From Mayamaea pseudoterrestris (lineage: Eukaryota), in NCBI GenBank assembly GCA_027923505.1, contig BROI01000016.1:372001-436000 (forward strand): a DNA stretch of 64,000 nt. Reading direction: 5' to 3'. Position 1 is the first letter of the stretch; every line of letters starts with the position of its first letter. Shown here one piece after another: positions 56,115 through 64,000 of this stretch. The position numbers and the translations under genes were made by a program. The notes below the pieces were generated by a model. That model did no database searches and was not told the origin of the DNA. It saw nothing but the letters and a program-made list of their open reading frames with translations.

Positions 56115-56479
56115 GGTGGTGTGTTTGTGGAGAGGGACGCTAGTCTCACACTGTCGGTGGATGCACAATGCGTGTTCAACGCGCGGCCAAAGATATGTGA
56201 GCACGCGCATGGTTGCAACTCTTGCGAGCAAGCATGGCACGCGTCCACTCCAAATCTCAACAAGTACTACTTTATGCAAGATAGTGATTTCAAAGTGCCA
56301 GAGAATGAGTCATAGTAACTTATGAGCAATGCATGGGGTGGCACGTGCCATGCAATCATAATTCGCACGGCTCGTCTCCAACCGATGCAACAGTGCGTCT
56401 CCCTTCTTTGAGACAAAGACGACGAGCAACTGTACCTCTTGACTACGCTCGATTGCTACAATAATATAATCGAGAAATC
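56115..56479. promoter_or_regulatory. Bidirectional promoter of the ISIP3-like pair with inverted GCATGGCACG elements and TGGCACGTGCCA palindrome
   Basis: gcatggcacg at 56232-56241 and its reverse complement cgtgccatgc at 56344-56353; tggcacgtgcca at 56339-56350; atgagtcat at 56305-56313. Confidence 0.65.
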
Positions 56480-57970
56480 ATGCTGCGCTTTTCCCTTGCA
56501 CTCATCCTCTGCTTCGCAACTGGAGGCGCTCTTGCCCAAGACGACATTTGCACATCCTCGACAAACACCTTCACCGTCAAGGTGAACCTGTTCGAGAGCG
56601 AAATTGATGGCTTTGAATCCGGATTGACGGGTAAGTATATCGAGTAGTTTTAGCGAGTGATGGTGTACAAGCAAAACGATAGGCCAAGCGAAAAATATAA
56701 TTGATCTATTAAGTGGTTCGACGACGAGATTTTCTTGCTTCAAGTTTTGCGAAATTCTCATTCATTACTTTCGCATTCATCGCAGGCTACTACTACTTTG
56801 AGGAATGCGGAAATGTGACCAATCCAACCATTGGCATAGAGATTGGCGAAACGTATACCTTTGATCAGGGTGATGTTTCCAACTACTATCACCCAATGGG
56901 CTTTGCATACTTTCCCGATGGTGTAAGTCAAATGAATTATGCAATGAAACGATCCACAATTTCGCACTCATTATAGGCTAATCGCTATTCGTCCGTACAT
57001 TTTACAGGATCATGTCGAAAAGGATGAACTCGAGCCAGGCGTATCCCAAGGCACATCCGGTTGCGATGAAACGTTGACTTGTCCCGCTCCAATGTACTTT
57101 GTCGGTGGCAAGTACGTGGGAAAGTACAGCAACATTGATACAGTCATGAATACCACCACAAACGTGGAGGACTTTGGACTCGATAGTTACGAGCCAGTCT
57201 TTTTCTATCCGCTCGGCGAGTGGGCCGGCTTGCAGCCCTTTAGCATTCAGTTGCATTTTGATGACGAAACGTATACCAAGGACATCTTCTATTTTTGTCA
57301 TGTGAGTTTGTTTGTGTGCGACACGTTGTTGATTTGGAGTAAGGACAACGTTCTAACACAAATGCGTTCCCCTCTGTGCCCTTACCCAACGCAGATCCAC
57401 GAAGGCATGTCGGCCCGCATCAAGCTCCTCAAGAATGGCGTTCCAATCAACGACGAGCTGACGCCATCGATCGACTACATTTACACTCCGGCTTCTGATT
57501 TTGACAAAAAGTGCGGCACCTACCAGTTGGGCGACTACACGCTCCCGCAGTCGCAATGCCCCGAAACGTTTGTATGCGACACTACCGAAAAGTCAAATGA
57601 CGTGCAGGCCTACACTAACTGCTTGAACGCTCTCGACTGCAAAATGTTCACCGACATGACCACGAGCGTTGCTTCCGACGATGCGGTCGATCTGTTTATT
57701 CACCAAATGGTGCCCCACCACGAGAATGCCATCAACATGGCCAAGGCCTTGCTCAAACTCGACTTGTTGCCTTGCGATGATCACACGTCTAACAGTATTG
57801 ACTGTGCAATGAACAATTTGCTGAGAGGTGTCATCAACAACCAGAATGAGCAAATCATGGCCATGAATGGAATTTTGAAGCGCAAGTCGGTTGAGTTAAA
57901 GGCTGGCGGATGCAACGTTGAAGTGCAAAGCAGTTTAATGACAACTGGCTCGCGTATGCTGAGGTTTTAA
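56480..57970 (+). CDS. ISIP3: ISIP3-like protein B (signal peptide, cupredoxin-like domain, DUF305 domain, no C-terminal anchor); exons 56480-56630, 56786-56922, 57008-57301, 57395-57970
   Basis: MLRFSLALILCFATGGALA leader; NPTIGIEIGETYTFDQGDVSNYYHPMG; YFCH|IHEGMSARIKL; FIHQMVPHHENAINMAK. Collinear with paralog A; three GT-AG introns. Confidence 0.8.
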
Positions 57971-58536
57971 GAGCCATGCTTGGAGATACAATTTGCTGTG
58001 CATGACGACGCTTGCTTTCTTGTGCATGTGTGATTACGTTTTGCTTGTTTTCGTGTCCCGCTTGCTGACGAAATATGTTACGAGCGAGTGTGTTCAATTT
58101 GCTTACATAGAAGTAAATGTTAAACTTTTAAATCTGGCATCTGTACTATTCAGAAGGCTGTGGACTTGCAGTGGGTATATAGTTAAAACTTTCTGTTGCA
58201 GCGCCAGAGTCCATGACAGTACTATCTTGTTCCGCGGCTTCATCGGATCGGCTTGCCTGCATAGTACTCACTCTCGCGCCTGTATCTGAAGCATACAAAG
58301 CCACTACGGTACGGATTGGCATGCATCGGGATCATGCGCCAGCCTCTTTGCCATGGAACGGTAGCTAAAACGTAGAAGTACGAACGCCGGATCGTGCCAA
58401 TGTGTGACGTTTTTGTTCTTCACGCACCGCGCCGTCGCGCCATCAAAATTAACCATGAGCCATCACAAAATCTGTCCAGCGCAATAGTGATCAATAGCAT
58501 CCCATCTTTGCTACATTGTCGACTTGGCGTAAGATT

Positions 58537-60399
58537 ATGTTGCGACTGTCTGTACTAGTCTTTTTGAACATGACTGTCGGCGGATGGGCCTTCTCCTTGC
58601 GACAGCCAGTGCTGCAGAGTCGAGCAGCCTTGTCGAGACATACTTTGCTTCGCATGAGCAGCGCGTCTACAGAAGCAACAGCATCATCATCATCGGAAGA
58701 AAAATCCAAAGTGACTCCTCTATCCATAAAATACAGCATGGAAGATATTGTTAGTCTTTGCAAGCGACGAGGAATCATCTTTCCGTCCAGTGAAATTTAC
58801 AATGGCTACGCCGGATTCTACGACTATGGTCCGCTTGGAGCCGAGCTGAAAAAGAATGTCAAGGATCAATGGTGGAAGACCTTTGTCACTCAACGAGAGG
58901 ATGTCGTCGGACTTGATTCAAGCATTATTCACAATCCCTTGACGTGGAAGAGTAGTGGTTAGTCCACGCGAAGCAACTGGTGTTTCTCAGTCGTTACGAC
59001 GCAATGCTTACATTTTCTTCCTTTCTTCAGGACATGTCGATGGCTTTTCGGATCCCATGGTGGACTGCAAGGAAACAAAGCTTCGATTTCGTGCCGATCA
59101 GCTTTACTTTAGTCCGTTAACTGTCAGTGGCGAGCAACTTGGCTACGTTTGCGTGCAGGAAGGAAATGACGAGCAAATGGTCAAGGACGCCAAGAAAATG
59201 GTCAAAGCAATCCTAAAGGAGCTAGGAAAGGGGAGCAGCAGCGACTTGGTAGAAGCGTTTCAATTCACCGAATTAACGGAGGCAACGCCCGAGCAAATGT
59301 CCCAAATTCCGAGCCCAGCCTCGGGCAAGCCAACATTGACCGAGCCTCGCGATTTTAATCTCATGTTCCAAACCCAAGTCGGCGCTCTCAGTGATGCGTC
59401 AAGTGTCGCCTACCTTCGTCCAGAGACGGCGCAAGGTATTTTTCTCAACTTTAAGAATGTTCTCACCACGAGTCGACAAAAGATTCCGTTTGGGATTGCG
59501 CAGATTGGCAAGGCCTTTCGCAATGAGATTACGCCACGCAACTTTATCTTTCGTGGGCGCGAGTTTGAGCAAATGGAGATTGAATACTTTATTCCGCCGG
59601 GTGACGACGTTTGGCCAGAATTTCATCAACAATGGATGGATAATTGCAAAGAGTTTCTAATAGATATTGGACTGCGGCAAGACTTGATGGGTTGGGATGT
59701 TCACCAAGGCGACAAGCTAGCGCACTATGCGCAAGCATGCACGGATATTACATTCAAATTTCCATTTGGCGAGCAGGAGCTAATGGGTATTGCGGCGCGA
59801 GGAAACTATGACTTGACGCAACATATGGAAGGATCGGGCAAAAGTACGTTTGGTCGAGATTAGTGGGAAGAAAAGAACTCGGTCTGGATTTCTCGCATAC
59901 TTTTACTCACAATGAATTTAACCTCCTTTCAGGTCTCGAGTACTTTGACGAGCAAACAAAAGAAAAGTACATTCCTCACTGCATTGAACCGTCACTTGGA
60001 GTCGATCGACTGATACTTGCACTTATTTGCTCCGCCTACGCCGAGGACGAAGTAGGCGGCGAAAAGCGAAGCGTGTTACGCTTCGACCCCAAGATTGCTC
60101 CCATCAAGATTGCCGTATTGCCTCTCGTCAAAAACAAGGAGGCCTTGGTGGGCGTCGCTCGGGAATTGTTTGACAAGCTATCGCGTCGTTGGAACTGCCA
60201 GTGGGATGCCGCAGGAGCGATTGGACGCCGCTACCGACGAGCCGACGAGGTTGGAGTGCCCCTTTGCGTAACGGTGGACTTTGAAACGATTGAAGATAAC
60301 AAGGGTGTGACAGTCCGTGATCGAGACACGACGGAGCAAGTGCGCATTCCACTAGACGATGTTGTGGCATACCTTAGCGATAAGATTGATGGTAATTAA
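58537..60399 (+). CDS. glyQS: Glycyl-tRNA synthetase (alpha2 type), plastid/organelle-targeted; exons 58537-58957, 59031-59843, 59933-60399
   Basis: Leader ending [80 protein letters not shown]. Confidence 0.95.
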
Positions 60400-60981
60400 A
60401 CAGCTTTTGCTAGGTACAAATACATATTGAATGATCATTCTACCCAGTACAGAGCTTGTTACCGATCGTAATGCTTGACTAGTGCTCGATGCATCTTCCA
60501 CGCTCCGGTGCAGCTTTAAGTCGACCTCAAACTCTATTCACTATACATGACCCGACATCCTGATATAGCAAGGCAGCCATCAGCATTTTTGAAATCTGCA
60601 GCCAAATGCTAGAGTTCGTAGTACATCTCAGCGATTTGCCATATATATTATTTGCACCGCAACGATGAAATGACTGGGCGCATACTCGGGTCTTGCGAAA
60701 ACTCGGCAGTGGCCAATTTTGGTGACTTACCGAGTCGGGCAATAGTAATTAAGTATCAATAATTCGGTATGATAATCTGCCTTCGCCTTTGTGTACACTT
60801 TTACATACACTGGCTTGCTCACGTCATCCCCGATTATGTCCACCCGCTCATTTTGCGCGCTGCGCCACCGCGCCACACATGAACTTCTTCTGTGATCCAG
60901 ATCAGCAACTCGTCACTTGACAGTCTATCAGTCTATTGCTGACTAACCATACTTTCAAAACAAAGCTAACATACATACATT

Positions 60982-62278
60982 ATGACCCGTCTCTGTATTC
61001 TAATAGCAGCCTCGATTGCTGCTCTAGCGGGAGGACAATCACTCTTTACGGATCCTCCGACGGTGGCTCCCGACAATGGAGGTGCAGCAACGCCGTTGCC
61101 GACCATCCTGTCGACGAACGCGCCAACGACAAATCCTCCAACTACAAATCCTCCAACGACGAACCCTCCAACTACCAATCCACCAACGACAAATCCTCCC
61201 ACTACAAACCTTCCAACTACAAATCCTCCAACGACAGCCTTACCTGCATCAACGGCAGTCCCTTCCGCAGCTCCAACGTTAGCAACCAGCGACATGATAT
61301 CATCGTCACCAACGGCACCATTCGAAAACGACGACAATGTTGTAGCAAGCCCCGTCGATGGATCATGCGACGGATTGTGCAGCGACTCGTACTCCTCCAT
61401 TGGCAAGATTCAACTTGCCGTCAGCATGGTGAACGGCGCCGGCACCATTTGCCTCTGTCCTATGACATTTGCACCTGAAGCTGGAAACTGCTTGGCACAT
61501 GACAATCAAAACAGCAATGAAACATCATCAAAACCATCCATTCTCGTTCAAAACAACCAAGACGTGACCATTGAATGTGTCAGTCCGCTGGGCGCCAAGT
61601 GCATTTTCGCATGCCCCAGTACCGTCGTTCAAGTGGCCAGTGGCGGAAGCGTGACCTTCATTGGCGGCAACAATACCTTGTTCACCGGCGGAACTTTGTA
61701 CAGTCGCGTGCAGGTTGATGCTGGTGCGTCGGCAATGATCAGTGGTGTCGAGTTTAGCAAGTGAGTGTGAATGAAATGGGTGATGAAAATAACTTGCGTA
61801 GCAGCACGATCACTCACACAGTCTATTATTCAACAGCACTGCCGCCGGAGCATCGCGCCGCCGCTCCTTGGCCGAAGACATTACCGCCAGTGGCATGGGA
61901 GGTGGCATTATCAACATGGGCAGCCTCACTGTCGAAACCAGTAGCTTCAACAATTGCTCCGCCTCCATGTTTGGCGGTGCCATTTACACGGACGGAAACG
62001 CCCAAGTGACCACTTCATCCTTCACCAACAATTTTGCACCAACCGGTGGTGCCATTTACGCGTCGGGACAGTTTGAGCTGGAAAACAATGCCTTTAGTGG
62101 CAACGCGGCGTCCGAAAGTGGAGCAAACTTGGCGGGTGATGCAAACCTTGCGGGATGCGGCAACGCAGGCTTGTCGGGAACGACGTCGTGTGAGTCGTCG
62201 GCGCAAGCAATGGCAATATTTAGTGCTGCGTCGGTGATGGTTGGTGTACTGACGGCAGCTGCAGTGGTGGTACTATAG
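60982..62278 (+). CDS. Secreted/cell-surface protein with TTNPP repeats and GGA(I) beta-helix (Pmp/pectin-lyase-like) motifs, C-terminal hydrophobic anchor; exons 60982-61760, 61837-62278
   Basis: Signal peptide; (TTNPP)x~7; FNNCSASMFGGAIY, FTNNFAPTGGAIY, FSGNAASESG. Intron 61761-61836 joins in frame. Confidence 0.82.
61126..61236 (+). repeat. Coding 15-bp minisatellite (TTNPP, about 7 copies)
   Basis: acgacaaatcctcca / actacaaatcctcca units. Confidence 0.9.
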
Positions 62279-62804
62279 ACTGTTTTGTTGGCGTGTCTTT
62301 TGCTCCAAGAGCCATTGAAGTCATCGTGTCGCTAGGCATGGCTTGGCACCCAGAGTGTCTGGTCCTCTGCTTTCATAATCACAAAACGTATCGTACAATA
62401 GTTTATGTTACTTATTCTGTACCTATGGTATTACAAATAATGCCGCAGTAGCTGGTCATTCAAGGGCCGCGTCACAACTTTCCCAGCGACTGGATGCAGT
62501 GGAATAAATATAGCATGCATAGCAATAAAAAACGTTTGGATTGTACTGTGTTCATAATGTAGTCCAAAGTTATTGACTGTAAACACTTCAATACTGTAAC
62601 TACCTGTTAGTATTCGTCGCGTCCGCGGTAACTAAATGGAGAAACGCTACGACACGATTAATCTTCGGCGATTGTCGGCCATGAGGATACAGACCGCTCT
62701 GTCGTCTTTCCATTCATTTTACAGTCAGAAAATAGAAGTGAGAGTCATTGCCTATAAGGTCTGAGCCAGCCAGTCTCATCGATACGGACATTGAAAACGT
62801 GACA

Positions 62805-63995
62805 ATGCGTCGCTCCATGATGCATGTTCTACAGCAGCATCCCATTGCAGCCACAAGTAATCTTGCCGTTACAGCTGCATATCATCGAAACCTTTCCAAT
62901 TTTAGTCGCATGCTTGATCTGGGTGGAAGTCCGACGGACCATTCCACCAAGCTGGTGCGGACGGTGAACGCCAGCAAGAATAGCAAGATTCAAGCAGTTT
63001 GCTTTGACTTTGACGTCTTGACAATGAGTGACGACGAATCCATGCGCAGCCAAGTTGCAGCGTTGAAACAGAACGATACAAATACAAATAGTACAAGTAC
63101 AAAAGCAAAATCTACGATTCTCCCGGACATGCACTCGGTGCAGCAAGTCGCCAAGCTGCTGAACGTGAACCTCGACTCCTTGAGCGATCCGAGCAAGTCA
63201 GCAGGACGCGGCGACAAACTCTCCGCCAAGGAGGAGCGAGATTTGGAAAGAATGATAGGAGGATCATCCTCAGGAAAAGACGCAAGAGCAGCTGAATCGC
63301 AAAACAAACTAACAGGCCCCAAGAACTACAATCCATTTGACAGTGACATTCGTTCCAAGTATGCCGCAAAACTGGCGCAAAAGGGAGCTTCGCCATCGAC
63401 TTCAGCAGCAAGCGATTCAAGTCGCGGCGACGCGTCCTTTCACTTGGCCGCCCGCGCCGCCGCCGTGGCGGAAACATCCTCCTCGCCCGCTAGCAACCAC
63501 AAGTGGCTCGCGCAGACGGGGACGGGTGCACTGCTGCAGTATTTGACCAAGCGAAGCATTTTCCTCGCGTTACTTCCCAAACCAGTTGATAGTGATGAGA
63601 CAGCCGCAGCACTGTCCTTTCGTGACATGCAGGATTTTGCCAACCAAATCAAGTCGACGGTGGTCATTGACGTGTTGACGCAGCACAAGGGTGCCGGCGA
63701 CAAGGAGAATCAGCGGCAGCAATTATCATCGTCTAGTTCCATTGCTCAGCAACTACTCCAATCCACATTACATGACCTCAATTACGCTAAGGAGCCATCT
63801 AAAGTGTTAATGGTGAGCGATCGAGACGACTATTTAAAGGCCGCCAAAAATTTGTCATGCTTTACCTGTCGCATCCATCGCGCTGGCACGCCCCGCGGAA
63901 ACGTGTCGGCGCACTACACGGTGTCCAGTGTTTCCAAAGTGCAAGGAGTTGTGGATGAAATGAATGGGATCAGCTTTTCGGCACTGCGCCGGTGA
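62805..63995 (+). CDS. Hypothetical protein with HAD-hydrolase-like terminal motifs
   Basis: KIQAVCFDFDVLT resembles HAD motif I and KVLMVSDRDDYLKAAKNL resembles motif IV, with a long low-complexity insert between them; presequence-like N-terminus. Confidence 0.65.
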   Translation: MRRSMMHVLQQHPIAATSNLAVTAAYHRNLSNFSRMLDLGGSPTDHSTKLVRTVNASKNSKIQAVCFDFDVLTMSDDESMRSQVAALKQNDTNTNSTSTKAKSTILPDMHSVQQVAKLLNVNLDSLSDPSKSAGRGDKLSAKEERDLERMIGGSSSGKDARAAESQNKLTGPKNYNPFDSDIRSKYAAKLAQKGASPSTSAASDSSRGDASFHLAARAAAVAETSSSPASNHKWLAQTGTGALLQYLTKRSIFLALLPKPVDSDETAAALSFRDMQDFANQIKSTVVIDVLTQHKGAGDKENQRQQLSSSSSIAQQLLQSTLHDLNYAKEPSKVLMVSDRDDYLKAAKNLSCFTCRIHRAGTPRGNVSAHYTVSSVSKVQGVVDEMNGISFSALRR

Positions 63996-64000
63996 TGAAA

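Overview
Gene-dense eukaryotic nuclear DNA of about 50% GC with short GT-AG introns (69-155 nt). It is almost certainly a diatom and probably a raphid pennate, judged from bipartite plastid-targeting leaders, ISIP3-like genes and a diatom-style trypsin; the species cannot be named from the sequence. About 25 protein-coding genes are present. Housekeeping genes: IMP1, CDC20, XPD, ORC4, PDH E1-alpha, an RbgA-type GTPase, RPS14, organellar GlyRS, an aquaporin, a flavin amine oxidase and a plastid thioredoxin-like protein. Several genes have unusual architectures: U-box+ubiquitin-like, split HMG-like+PhyH dioxygenase, Cys-less glutaredoxin-DEP-DUF547-GAF, a 2,481-aa protein with four ZNRD2/SSSCA1-type zinc ribbons, and a secreted mucin-like protein with 13 KSTK/RSTK repeats. 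The most notable structures are: (1) a head-to-head pair of ISIP3-like (cupredoxin-like + DUF305) genes, one apparently membrane-anchored and one soluble, sharing a mirror-symmetric 365-bp promoter with a CACGTGCC palindrome; (2) an unannotated ~820-bp imperfect fold-back at 441-1260; (3) a CpG-eroded island at ~19.0-21.95 kb with a decayed poly-Q CDS, an AT-rich stretch and a 167-168-bp tandem array. No tRNA, rRNA, CRISPR or intact transposon was recognised. Exon boundaries were read by eye and family calls come from motif recognition, not database searches.
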